A DNA stretch of 64,000 nucleotides from Camelus dromedarius (GCF_036321535.1 NC_087462.1:1178001-1242000), one strand, 5' to 3'. Positions 36,151 to 47,894 are shown, numbered from the stretch's first letter. Program-made: numbers and translations. The notes: generated from the sequence alone by a model not told the origin.

Positions 36151-38090
36151 GCTGCTCCAAGACATCCTCAAAGAGATCCAGGTGCCAACAGGTGACACTC
36201 CCTGGTGCTCCAGGAGTTTGGGTGGCACAGGGAAGTCTGGTCTCGAGAGGAAGAGCTGGTGAGAGCCAGTGGGCAGGTGGGAGGCCCCCGGCAACCCGAG
36301 GATGAACGGGCACAGCAAGGTGGACAAGGTTCCACTGACCAAGCTGGAAACCTGGATGTCGTCTTTGACACCTCCCTCCACCCTCAGACCATCCTTCACA
36401 AGGCCTGCTGACCCTACCTCTGCCCCCGACCCACACCTGGTACATGCCTAGTCTCCTTCCTCACTGGTAGCCACCTGGCCACCATCACCCCACTCCAGGC
36501 CATCCTCCCCTTAGCAGCCGAAAGATCTTTTCACAACACAAATCTGATCACCCAGTCTCCCTTTTGGGGTGCCCCAGTGACCCCACTATTTTCAGGATAG
36601 ACATCCAATTCCTCGCCACAACCTGACAGTCTGCAGCAGGCCTGCGGCCACCCTCTTCAGCCTCACTCATCTTGTACCCGGCTCTCCCCAGACGAGCCAC
36701 ACTGCCCCCTCCTGCCTCAGAGCCGCAGCTCACCCAGTCCCCCTTGTTTCACCAGACAGCCCTTGCCCCTCGTCCCAGCCAGCCTTCAGATCTCCCTTCC
36801 AGTGCCCTTTCAAACACTCAGCCCCACCCCCTCGCTCATGATTCCAGATCTGTCTCTCCAGCTTATATTTACACGTTCAACCATACCCCACCCACAAACC
36901 AAACAGAAACTCCAGGAGGGCAGGACAGCTGTTCTTGCTCAATTAACGGTGGCAGAACGAATGGACAAAGGACCAGGGGCAAAGGGGAAAGGAGGGAGCT
37001 ACAGTCTACCAGGCCTGATGGAGGGAGGACAGTCTCATCTCAGGGCACATAAACCTGGGGCTTCCCACTGTCTTTTATGGATGTCACTGAGTGTGCCCTG
37101 AGAGACGGGCTTCAGACAGGACAGAGAACTCCCAGGTGCCTCGCTCACTGGCAGGCGCGGCTGGCACCCGGAGTCCAGCGATCCCGTCCACAAGCACAGA
37201 TAAGGGCACCCCGCTGCCAGGCTGGCAGCGTCAAGAGGACCAACAAGGAGCCCGGCAATCACAGTCCTCCAGGACGACCTGTATACGGACGACTGCGACG
37301 GCACCTCGCCCAGCCAGTCGGGGTGGGGAGCTGCCCGGAAGAAGATGCAGCCTGAAAGGCGCAGGGAAAGTGCCAGGTGCCAGGGAGCGGGGCAGAAGGG
37401 ACAGCACAGGCCAACCCCAGAGGTGACAGCAAGTTCGAGGCACTGCGGGTCCCGCGATAGAGGGACACTGGGAGGAAGAGGTGAGTGGCCTGGTCCTGGA
37501 GAAAGGCTGGATTGGGCCGCGCCCGTGAGCCCTGATGCAGAGTTTGGACTTCATCGTGGGGGAAACGGGGAACCCTGGAGGAGTCCTGGGCGCGGGGTAG
37601 GCGTGGACCCCAAGGGTGAAGGGCTGTGGATGTTCTCTGGCTCAAGCCTGGAGATGGGACCGTAAACCTGCCCCGGTGTCCCAGCCGGCCGGAGGACGCC
37701 TGCGAAAGGGCAGAAATGTCTTGGAGACGTTTAGGAAGCAGGGCTCGGCTCCGGCTGCTGCGGCGGGCCCGGGTCCGGATGGGGGAAAGTTCGGGGGCCG
37801 GGGCAGAGTCCGTGGCTCGGACGGTGCACTCCCCCAAGGCGGGGCCGCGTCCCTGAGGCGGGCGCACACCCCACGTCGCAGGGCTGAACGGACGGCGGAC
37901 CGGACTCTGCCAGAGTCGGAGACACTGTCCCGCGGTCCCCCGCTCCGGACCGCGGACACTCCGGGAGTGCGGGGTCTCGGGGACGTCTGGCCGGACTGCC
38001 CGGCCTCGCGGCCCGGCCCGGCTCCCCAAACGGCCGCGGGAGGCACCAAGACCTATCCGCGCCGCCGCGCCCCCCCTGCCTGCCACTCAC

Positions 38091-38230
38091 CGCCGCAGCC
38101 CGCGCCCCCCGGCCCCAGGGCCGCGCTCCATGGCTCCCGGCCGCCCGCCCGTGCGTCTGTCGGTCCCCCGCGCCCCTGCCGGCTCTCCTGCGCCGCCGCC
38201 GCCGCCGCTCCCCCGCGGGCGGAAGTGAGC
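38091..38230 (-). other. ABHD17A: ABHD17A non-coding exon 1 (TSS approximate)
   Basis: donor GCG|GTGAGT at 38085-38090 inside the CpG island. Confidence 0.75.
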
Positions 38231-38274
38231 TTTACTCCCGCCGCCGCCCCGGAAGTGACGCTCAGGTGCGCACG

Positions 38275-38322
38275 GGGGCCGAGCGGGCGGAGGTCGGGGC
38301 CGAGCGGGCGGAGGTCGGGGCC
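38275..38322. repeat. 21-bp GC-box-containing tandem repeat (about 2.3 copies)
   Basis: ggggccgagcgggcggaggtc twice, then ggggcc. Confidence 0.9.
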
Positions 38323-38432
38323 AGGATGGGGGCGGGGCTAGTCAGGTGGGCGTGGCCGATCGTGGAGTGGGTGGGGCCCTGGCTTCAGGTTCCAGCCCAG
38401 GTTTTCGGGAGTGGAGATTCCTTCACTCCTTC

Positions 38433-38778
38433 CAGGGCCAGGACCAGGGTGAGGCAAGTGAGGCAGTATCCTGGGAAGCAAGATCTACAGGATCCCATAA
38501 AACTCAGTTATCAAGATTAAAAAAATTTTAATGCACTACTTAAAAAAAAACACCAAAATTTTACTGAAACCAGTCCCCTGACTGGGGTAAGGGGAGTGAT
38601 CCTGCCTTTATTTAAAATCTGGCTATTTCGTTCATCACGGATTCTTTTGCACTGGTTTTGGCTTTTTACTAATGCATTAAAATATTATGGGTCTTACTGG
38701 CTGAATTTTTTGGTATTCCTTAAATGTCCTTAAATGTCCTAAGGCAAGTGCCCCGCCCTGCTCACCCCAGTCACACTG
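38433..38778. mobile_element. hAT (Tip100-like) DNA transposon relic
   Basis: AT-rich core bounded by imperfect inverted termini (cagggccaggaccagggtgaggcaagtgaggc ... ctcaccccagtcacactg). Confidence 0.5.
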
Positions 38779-39639
38779 GCTCAGTTCACACTGCCGGGAG
38801 GGAGGCAGCTTTTACAGAGCTGAGAGCAGAGGAGATGGATTAGGATGAGGCTTGGGAGCACAGTGGGGAGGGTTGCCGAAGGTGACCCGGGAACTTCTTT
38901 GAGGCGGGGCACAGAGGCCAGTGACAGGGACAGAGGCAGGAAGGCTGCAGAGGGCCCTAGCTTGAGGCAGGCTGGTGAGTTAGCAGGACAGCCTCACCCT
39001 TCCACTGCCTGCACGCCTATTCCAGCCTCAAAAGCCGCCCCACCCCCAGTAGGAAGCCCCAGCTCCCTCTCCTCCCCAGGGATTCTAATCTTCGGCCTCA
39101 TTTGCACAGATAAGCCAACCCTCCCCCAGGGCCCCATTGCTGGGGGCAGCTGCCAGGAGAGAACACAGGCTCAGGGGTGGACACTGCCCAGGGCTGGTTT
39201 CCAGCCAGTTCCTCCAGCCCCCAGTGCAGGGCTCCGCTGCCACCTCCCATAGCTGTGTGCCCAGGGGCTGTCGAGGGGTGCCCAGAGTCCCCCTGCCTCT
39301 GCTGCCCCTGTCAAGGCTCCCAGTGTCAGCTGTTCTCCCGAGGTCCAAAGGTCACAACTAGGCTAGGTTCCTTCCAATTTCCTTGAACTAGAGCAGGAAG
39401 AGGACTGCCTGCAACCTCCCTAACCCCTTCCCCCTCTTCCTCTAGGCTGGAAAAGGCCTGAGCTGTGGCTGCATCGCTTGGGAGAGCCAGCTCCACCAGG
39501 ACCAACATGCCCCAAGGAGAACACTGCAGAGGGGCGGCGGGCCCAGGAGGTGAGGACAGGCTCAGTCCCCACTCAGATGTGGCCTGTTCCATCCTCACCA
39601 AGTTCCCCTACTGACCAGAGTGTGCTCTAGAAGGATGAA

Positions 39640-40140
39640 GGCACCAATGTGAATGCCCCAATGTCTCAGAAGACCCCTCTCTCCTCCCCTCTACAAAGCT
39701 CCTGCTTGGTATAGCCCTGAAGCTGCCGGCCCATTTTCCCTACTTCTCCTCCCACCACCTTCACTTGCCCCTGCCCTCTCTGTCCTAGTTAAGCTTGCCT
39801 TGCCAAGTTTGTTGCTACCTCAGGGCCTTTGCATGAGCTGTGCCTCCTGCCTGGAGTACCCTGCACCCACATTGATACATGACCAACTCCTCCTCATCTT
39901 CAGGACCCCACTCAAATATCACCTCCTCACAAAGCCCTCCCTGAGCACTCCCAGCCAAAGTCCCTACCACACCCTATTTATTTCCAACATAGAACTTGCC
40001 ATCTGGTCATTTTATTGAATTGTTTCCTTGATTATCATCTGTCTTCCCTGTATTTCATGAGCTCCAGTCTCCCTGGGGCAGGGACCCAGGCTCTTGTCCA
40101 CCATGTCCCCAGCTGTCCTCCATGCTGTCTAATGAACAAT
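39640..40140 (+). mobile_element. L2 3' fragment
   Basis: ctcagggcctttgcatgagctgtgcctcctgcctgga...ctcaaatatcacctcctca. Confidence 0.7.
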
Positions 40141-40865
40141 GGGTTCACAACACACAGGAGGAAGAGGATTCTTAACCCAGAAGAAGGCTTTCAGGAGGAT
40201 GGACGGAGGCTCCATGAGCTTTTGGGTGCCACCAGCACATACCTCAGGCCGACATTGTGCTTTTCCTTGTCTCCTGACCTGAGACACCCAACCCATCAGG
40301 AAAATAACTTGACCACAGGAACCAATGGTCTTAAAAGTATTCCCGCAGGGAGCCACATCGTCCAATATGGAAGCCATCAACACCCCCACCCCTGCCCCGT
40401 ACGGCTATTTAAATTTGAATGAATTGACTAAATAAGATTTAAATTTCACTTCTCCAGTTGCAATGGGCTCATTTCAAGTGCCCACAAGCCAAGTGGGGCT
40501 GGCTGCTGCTATCTGGGATGGCACTGATGGAGAACAAATCCATCAGGGAAAGTTCTAGAAGCAACAGGCTAGACTGTGAGCACCAAGAGGAAAGGCATCG
40601 GTATCTGTGTCCTTTCTGTTCCCAGCTGTGTCCTGACGCCCAGCTTGGGGCTTAGCATTCAGTAGGCACTCAATAAATGTTGTTTGAAGAAGAGAAGTAG
40701 GGAGAGAGGAAAGAAGGAATTCTTCTAAAAATCTAAGTTAATAATATGGTGAAAGCTTCACGTTCTGTCCATAGATGTCCATCCCTGCCTTATTTCCAAA
40801 AGTGAAAAGAGAAAAATAGCCTCAAAGTGGCGAGAAGAGACTGGATTAAAAGATCATGGTTGACT

Positions 40866-41281
40866 GTTGTTGTTGTTGTTGTTGTTGTTAATAATTAAAG
40901 TATACTTGCTTTACAATGTTGTGTTAGTTTCTGGTGTACAGCAACGTAATTCGGTTATACGTGTATACATTCTTTTTCATGTTCTTTTCCATTATAGGTT
41001 GTTACAAGATGTTGAATATAGTGTATAGTGCTACTCACCAGGACTTTGTTGTTTATCTGCTTTATATACAGCAGTTTGTATCTATTAAACCCAAACTCTT
41101 AATTTATCCCTCCCACCCCACTTTCCCTTTAGTAACCATAAGTTTGTTTTCTATGTCTGTGACTCTGTTTTGTGAATAAGTTTATTTGTTTCATATTTTA
41201 CATTCCACAGATAAGTGATGTCCTATGATATCTGTCTTTCTCTGTTTGACTTACTTCATTTAGCATGACAATTTCTAGGTC
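40866..41281 (-). mobile_element. 5'-truncated L1 (artiodactyl-type 3' end) with a (GTT)8 tail
   Basis: antisense L1 3' UTR; near-perfect TSD catggttgact (40855-40865) / cacggttgact (41282-41292). Confidence 0.8.
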
Positions 41282-41644
41282 CACGGTTGACTTTTTTTCC
41301 CCATGGTTAACTCTTGATGAAAAAAAAAAATGCAGCTGAGGTATGGAGACTGATATAACAAGGCTATTGGTCTTTTTTTTTTTTTAATAGTTTTACTTTT
41401 ATTTATGTTTTTATGGGAAATGTGTAGCATGGTTCAAAATTCAAAGGGTCTAAAAGGCTGTGCATAAAACATCTCTTCCCCTACCCTGTTTGCCAGGAAA
41501 CAGATGGCCCCATCTCAAGGTAGCCAGTATTGCCAGTCGCTCCAGATTTGATGCCAGGAAACCCAGGCACCTGTCTTCACCTATGAGCAGCTGTAAAGAG
41601 GCCTTCTCCACTTTTTATTTTTATGTTTTAAACACACATCATGG

Positions 41645-41793
41645 GGGGGAAGGAATAACTCAAGTGGTAGAGCACATGCTTAGCATGCACGAGGTCCTGG
41701 GTTCAATCCCCGGTGCCTCATCTAAAAATAAATAAATAAATAGACTTAATGACCTCCCTCCACCAAAATTAAATAATTTTTTTTAATTAAAAA
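41645..41793 (+). mobile_element. camelid tRNA-Ala-derived SINE (Vic-1 type, long form)
   Basis: tRNA-like head with A/B boxes and AGC loop, A-rich tail, perfect 15-bp TSD aaacacacatcatgg (41630-41644 / 41794-41808). Confidence 0.9.
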
Positions 41794-41808
41794 AAACACA
41801 CATCATGG

Positions 41809-41970
41809 TTCTTCTGTACAGCACAGGGAACTATATTCAATACCTTGTAATAACCTTTAATAAAGAAGAATATGAAACTAAATATATGTATGTATACGCA
41901 TGGCTGGGACACGGTGATGTACACTAGAAGTTGACACATTGTAATGGACTATACTTCAATTAAAAAAAAA
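41809..41970 (+). mobile_element. L1 extreme 3' end
   Basis: cttctgtacagcacagggaactatattcaatacc...gactatacttcaattaaaaaa. Confidence 0.8.
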
Positions 41971-42204
41971 CACTCTAAAAAAAACCGCACAGACATTATA
42001 GCTTTCAAAAACACTGTACTGGTGGTCATGTCTTCCACCTTGGCCCATCGTGGGGTCCTCTCACACAGCCCCCCAGGGGGTCTCAGTCCCCTCTCGATGA
42101 CACACGTAGCAGACTGTTCCCGCTGTGGGGGGGTGACAACAGCACGTGGGGGCATTTCCCACCCGTGGGCGGGACTTGTGGGGAAGACTTTAGAAAGCAC
42201 AGGA

Positions 42205-42335
42205 TTATTTGTCTTTTGGGGGGAGTAATTAGGTTTATTTATTTATTTTATTAAATGGAGGTACTGAGGATTGAATCCAGGACCTCGTGAGTGCTAAGCA
42301 CACACTCTACCACTGAGCTATACTCTCCTCCCCCC
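42205..42335 (-). mobile_element. camelid tRNA-Ala-derived SINE (long form)
   Basis: reverse complement gtatagctcagtggtagag...ggattcaatcctcagtacctcc plus aaataaacctaattactcccccc tail. Confidence 0.9.
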
Positions 42336-42771
42336 AGGGGAGTCTAATGAAAAGATCCACCTACCACATCCAGGAAATAGAGTGAGCCTAGCTCCCCCTG
42401 AAAGAAGACACACCACAGTGGGAACGCGAGGACGCTGGGGGTTGAGGATGTGGGAGGACTTTTTCTCATCACACTTTGATGAAAATTCTGAGTTCATGTC
42501 AGTTTTGTTGGGCAAAGGATGTTTCACCTTTAGGATCAGCCAGAAGCTGAAAAAAACTAGAGGTTTAAATAAAAACTGACCATTAAAAATTAATGTTTGT
42601 GCTTATCCGTACAAACCAGAAAAATCTGAAACAATGTCAAACAGATTCCTGTACATGAATGTTCACAGCAGCCAAGGGTAGAAGCCACCCAAGTGTCCAC
42701 CAAAGGATGAACAAAACGAGGTCCATCTGCACACTGGAGTGTGATCCAGCCTTAAAAAGGAAGGAAATTCT

Positions 42772-42860
42772 AGGAGGATGATAATAGCTTAGTGGTAGCA
42801 TGCATGCTTAGCATGCAGGAGGTCCACTGTTCAATCCCCAGTACCTCCATTAAAAAAAAA
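42772..42860 (+). mobile_element. camelid tRNA-Ala-derived SINE (short form)
   Basis: tRNA-like head plus poly-A; TSD aaggaaattct / aaggagattct. Confidence 0.9.
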
Positions 42861-43018
42861 AAAAGAAGGAGATTCTGACACTGACTACAATACAGATGAT
42901 GGATGAACCTTGAGGACATGATCCTCAGGGAGAGAAACAGACACAGAAGGACAGATACTGTCTGATCCCACTCACAGGAGGTCCCTGGGAGAGTCACATC
43001 AGATGGTGGGGCCGGGGC

Positions 43019-43153
43019 NNNNNNNNNNNNNNNNNNNNNNNNNNNNNNNNNNNNNNNNNNNNNNNNNNNNNNNNNNNNNNNNNNNNNNNNNNNNNNNNNN
43101 NNNNNNNNNNNNNNNNNNNNNNNNNNNNNNNNNNNNNNNNNNNNNNNNNNNNN
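43019..43153. other. assembly gap
   Basis: N run. Confidence 1.
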
Positions 43154-43274
43154 AAATGGTTGAGACGGTGAGTCTTGCGATGTATTTTACCACAATAAAA
43201 ATAAATAAATAAAACTTCCTGAAACCACAAGGTGGGAGGTGGCTGAGGCAATGCTAGCTCCATGCGCTGAAACC

Positions 43275-43430
43275 ATGAGCTGAAAGTCACTCAGGGCCCC
43301 AAGCTCAGAAGGGGCCCCCTGCCCCATGCCCTACTGCTCTGTGCCCTGTGTCTTGGAATTCCTAACAATCCTTGAACCAGGGGGTCTGTATTTTCCTTTG
43401 GGGCTGGGATCTGCACATTAGGTGGCCAGT
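43275..43430 (+). mobile_element. MER45A-like hAT relic
   Basis: cagggccccaagctcagaagggg...gtcttggaattcctaacaatccttgaac. Confidence 0.5.
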
Positions 43431-43821
43431 CCTGGTTTGGGGAGAGGACAGGGAGACCCAAGTTAAGGCTCTGGGACCCTGGGGCTGGTGGAGAAAAACT
43501 CCAAGGTGCAAGTTTGTCCTTGCCCCACCCAGAGGGGAGAGAGAGAGACCCAGTCAGGAAGTGGGTTCCTGACACGGGGAGGAAGGAAGTTGGGGGGGGC
43601 ATCTGAAAATAGCACTGCTTGCCCAGCTGATTGGGAGGGGAGATGGGACAGGAGTGAATAATGAGTGCCAGGAGGCACGGGGACTTTTCTAAGGAAGCCC
43701 CTCCCCTGGAAGCCAGCACCCTCCTGCCATCTACACAGCCAGACCCAGCACCACCGCCCCACCTATCCACCTCGGGAGTTGGGTTTCCAAATAAAGAGGT
43801 GCAGGAGGACCACCCTGGGAG

Positions 43822-44190
43822 CTTATTTTAGGGTCTCCAGAGAAACGGAACCGATAAATATATAAGGACATAAATGGTACGATACTGCTATACAGACGTC
43901 TCATCAGGATTGTGGAGGCTATAACGTCTGGATCTGCCATCTGCAAACTGGTGGCACAAGATACCTGGCGCTGCAAGTCCCAAGCCAAGGGCAGGAGGTG
44001 ACTGATGTTCCCGCTGGCCATCAGGCTCATGGGACAAATTCTCCCTTCTTTTGCTTTGCTTTGTATTCAAGTCCAAAATGGACTGGTTGGTGCCTACTTT
44101 GGCGAGGGCCATCTGCTTTACAGAGCCCATCAATTCAAACGATCACCTCGCCTGAAACACCCCCACAGACACATCTAGGAAGAATGTTTA
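43822..44190 (-). mobile_element. MLT2 (ERVL) LTR fragment
   Basis: agggtctccagagaaacggaaccgata...atctgctttacagagcccatcaattcaaa...aaacacccccacagacacatctaggaagaatgttta. Confidence 0.7.
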
Positions 44191-44289
44191 AAAAAAAAGA
44201 AGATATCAAAACAAAAGAAGATACAACTCACAGACTGTAACATGCACAAATGTGAACTGCAGAGCTTAGTGAAATGGCACTCATCCAAG

Positions 44290-44628
44290 CAAAACTGGGG
44301 AGACAGCAAAAAGATTGCTGGTGGCCAGGGGTTGGGGTAGGGAGGGGACAAGTAGGTGGGGCACAGGGGGGTTCAAGGCAGCGAAGAGACTCTTGCTAAT
44401 ACCTGATACCGTCATGGTAGATGCATCTTGCCACGAGTTTGTCCACACCCGCAGAATGCTCACCACCAAGAGCGAATCCCAGTGGGTTCATCCTGGTCAC
44501 AAATGTGCCCCTCTGGTGGGGGACGTTGAGAGTTGGGGAGGCTGTGCATGGCGGGGAGGGGTAATGGGAAATCTCGGTACCTTCCACTCAATGTTTCTAG
44601 GAACCTAAAACTGCTCTTAAAAATAGCA
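44290..44628 (+). mobile_element. old L1MC-type 3' end
   Basis: gataccgtcatggtagatgcat...ggaaatctcggtaccttccactcaatgtttctaggaacctaaaactgctcttaaaaata. Confidence 0.65.
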
Positions 44629-44844
44629 CTTCAAAATGCACACAAAATGCACACAAATGCATACACACCCATGCACTGTGACCCACTTCTACCTCTACCT
44701 CAGAGGCTCCCCCTGCCCTGTCCCTGTCCCTCCCCTCCTGGAGGTTACCACTGCTTGACTTCCCATCTCCTCTGATGCATTTTGCCTGATTTTGTACCTT
44801 CTGCAATCAGAGTCACACCACACATTGTCTCTGTGCTGGCTTTA

Positions 44845-45441
44845 TCCACTCCAGTTCTTGGCTCCAGAGATCAAGGTGTGGGTGGGGCTGGTCCCCTCTG
44901 AGGCCTCGCTCCCTTCTGTGCAGAGGGCAGTCTTCTCCCTGCATCCTCACATGGGTGTCCCTGTGTGTGTGTGTGTCCTGATTTCCTTTTCCTCTAAGGA
45001 CACCAGTCAGATGGGATTAGGGTCTAGACCTCATTTCACTCTAATTAACTCTGTAAAGACTGCCTCCACATAGTAAACAATCTAATAGTTACTGTGGAGA
45101 AAGGAGGTGAGAAGGGATAAATTTGGGAGTTTGAGATCCCCAATTATTAACTACTATATAAAAATATAGATAAAAAGCAAATTTCTTCTGTTTAGCACAG
45201 GGAACTATATTCAAAATCTCATAAAAACCTTTAATGGCAAAGAATATGAAAACGAATATATGTATATATATGTATGACTGGGACATTGTGCTGTACACCA
45301 GAAATTGACACATTGTAACTGACTATATATCAATTAAAAAAAAAGACTCTGCCTCCAACTACAGCCACATTCTGAAGTACAGGTGAAGATTAGGGCTTCC
45401 ATGGACGACACATTTTGGGGAATACAATTCAGTCCGTAACA
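44845..45441 (-). mobile_element. MLT1A-like MaLR LTR interrupted by a younger L1 3' end (45069-45341)
   Basis: ends caattcagtccgtaaca (reverse complement of TGTTACGGACTGAATTG); the L1 insert is flanked by aaagact(ct)gcctcca on both sides. Confidence 0.75.
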
Positions 45442-45799
45442 GGCACCTATGCATTCAGGAATTGATTTGCTGAGTCACGGAATATACCTGAGTTTAGATT
45501 TCGTCCAAACTGCCCAGTGGTTTACCAAAGTAGCCAAGCTCTCTGGCCCCTGGCTTTATCTCTTCCACGCGCCCCTGTTTTCTCCCAACTCCAACCTGTG
45601 GGATCTTCCCGGTTTCAACACGCAGAGTCAGGTCCTGCCGGGAATGCTCTTCGCACAGAAAACTCATCATTTCAGGGTTCAGGGAAAGTGTCGCCTCTGC
45701 AAAGATGCCATCCCCGACCACTCAGCTCACCACGTTACCACCCACGTTGCAGTCCCCGTAGAGTGCTTACTGTGACTATTGGAAATGGCCTCTTATTGT

Positions 45800-45876
45800 T
45801 TATTTTTTTTAATACAGGTACGGGGAATTGAACCCGGGACCACATTCATGGTAAGCACTCAGTCTACCTCTGCGCT
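45800..45876 (-). mobile_element. camelid SINE, diverged and truncated
   Basis: ttttttaatacaggtacggggaattgaacccgggacc..gtaagcactc..tctacc. Confidence 0.7.
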
Positions 45877-46075
45877 CTCAGCTTTATTTTACTTCACCTG
45901 TCTCCTTCCGCTGCTTAGGAGCGCTCCTGGAGCAGGGACCAAGTCCGGGGCCTAGGAAAGAGCCTGGAGTATAGCAGCATTCCAACATCATGAGCCGCCA
46001 GGGAGATGCAGACCCGAAGTACAGTGAGGTGGCACCTCATGCCTGCCAGGATGGCTGCATTCAAAAAATAGATGC

Positions 46076-46211
46076 GGGGGGAGGGTTATAGCTCAGCGGT
46101 AGAGTGCGTGCCTAGCAAGCACGAGGTCCTGGGTCCAATCCCCAATACTCTAAATAACTAAATGAACCTAATTACCTCCTCCCAACCAAAAATAAAATAA
46201 AATAAAATAAA
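46076..46211 (+). mobile_element. camelid SINE (long form) inserted in an old L1 fragment
   Basis: gggggagggttatagctcagcggtagagtgcgtgcctagcaagcacgaggtcctggg, then aacctaattacctcc tail. Confidence 0.9.
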
Positions 46212-46519
46212 CTCAAAGACAGATCATGACAAGTGTTGGTGAGGGTGTGAAGAAATCAGAACTCCACACGCCGCAGGTGGGAATGTTAAAGGGTGACTTG
46301 CCCTCAGCCCAAAAAGCCGCAGCGGACCCAGTGGGATCACTTACCTGGGTCCTTCTCTGCAGAGCTGGACTTGGGTCGCGCCAGCAAAACTCAGTCATAG
46401 AGATAACTACTATTTTATTGCAATATATTTAAAAATCAAAAGTAACGCAAAAAACGGTAGAGGAAATAACATTTTGAATAAGCATCAGTTTCCCCATCTG
46501 AGAAGGGAAAACAGTGAGA

Positions 46520-46940
46520 GCAGGACAGGGAGTCTCCCGGCAGCTGGGGTCTCCGCCCCGAATTGCGGGCGGGGCAATTCCGTTGGGGTGGGGTGCTTTG
46601 CCACCCCCTCCCCGCCCCTTCCCCGCCCCCCAGGCTAGAGTCCGGGGCCTGGCGAGCCTGCGCGCGCGGAAAATGCGGAGGACTCCCGGAGGACTCCCGG
46701 AGGCCCCCCGGGGGCCCCCCGGGGGCCCCGCCCCCGACCCGTCTATCACTCGCCCCGGCACACCTCTCGGCCAATCGGCCCCCGCCACCGCTGCCCAGGA
46801 GCCAATGAAAGCGGGCTTCTCGGGAGGGGGGCGGGACGTGCAGCAAGTCGCTCTCCGCGTTCCTGGAGCCTTACCGAAGAAACGCGGCCTGGCGTTGGGA
46901 CCGCACAGCCCGGAGGACCCAGCAGTGGGGCGGGAGGACA
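46520..46940. promoter_or_regulatory. orphan CpG island with promoter-type motifs
   Basis: CCAAT at 46771 and 46802; several GC boxes; NRF1-like tgcgcgcgcg; E2F-like TTTTCCGCGC (minus, 46664-46673). Confidence 0.6.
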
Positions 46941-47696
46941 AGGAGGCTCCCCCAGCCCTTGGCACATGGGCTTGGACTTCTGCAAAAGTTTCCCTATCTC
47001 CTTAAGTAGATTTCCCCCAGTCCGGGACGGTCCTCCGTTTTAGGGGAGGTGTCTGCCGCCCTGTAGATTCCCCCCAGAACCAGGGACTGGTTTCTTCCTT
47101 GTCCACGCTGGTCCCGTCTTCGCAACAACCTTAGGTCAGTAGGTGTTGTCATCATTCCCAAATTACACTTGGGAAAACTGAGACTCGGAGCCCCAAGACC
47201 CTTGCCCAAGATTCCCCACTATGATTAGCATATCTGCTTGGCTCCATCTGGGGCAGGAGTTTTAGACTAGGATACTTGGGGTGGATGATTCTTGGTTGTG
47301 GGGGCTGTCTTGTGCGCTGCGGGGTGTGCAGCTGCACCCCTGGCCTCACCCACTCGATGCCAGCCACAACCCCCTCCCCCCCGTCATGACAGCCATAAAT
47401 GTCCCCAGAAATTTACTAGCGTCCCCTGGGGAGTTGGCAGGGTCCCCCATGGGGGGGGGGGCCCACTGGATTAGGGGATTCCAGGAACTCCCTAGGAGAT
47501 GGTTCCATGACCTACTGAGGTCCTAGGATTCCGCACACATTTAAATATGCACCTGAGGGGAAGGGAGAGGCGATGACTCAGAGTCGCTGGGGGTTGCCCT
47601 ACTCTAGACCGTCTGACCTTCTGGGATTTATCGTGGTGTGTGTAGTGTGAGCAGGGATTCAGTTGAGTAGGATTCCATCCCACCCCCCAATACTGC

Positions 47697-47892
47697 GGGG
47701 CTTCTTAACCTCGGCACTGCTGAAATCCGGGGCCAAGTCGTTCTCTGAGGCGGGGCCTTCCTGAGCCCCATGGGGTGTTGAGCAGCGTCCTTGGTGCCCA
47801 CTCGCTCTATGCCGGGAAACTTCCCGACTTGTGACACCCACAGATGTCCCCAGACATTGCAAATGTTGAAGGAGCAAGCGTGGTTGCAAACT
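47697..47892 (-). mobile_element. MER20-like relic
   Basis: ttcttaacctcggcactgctga...ttgtgacacccacagatgtccccagacattgcaaatg. Confidence 0.75.
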
Positions 47893-47894
47893 GC

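Larger units (their letters stand above)
37700..38400. promoter_or_regulatory. ABHD17A: ABHD17A CpG-island promoter
   Basis: CpG-dense; tandem CGGAAGTG (GABPA/ETS) near 38220 and 38250; GC boxes. Confidence 0.85.
42590..43210 (+). mobile_element. old L1MB-type 3' fragment (interrupted by a SINE and a gap)
   Basis: cccaagtgtccaccaaaggatga...ttctgacactgactacaa..gatggatgaaccttgaggaca. Confidence 0.65.
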
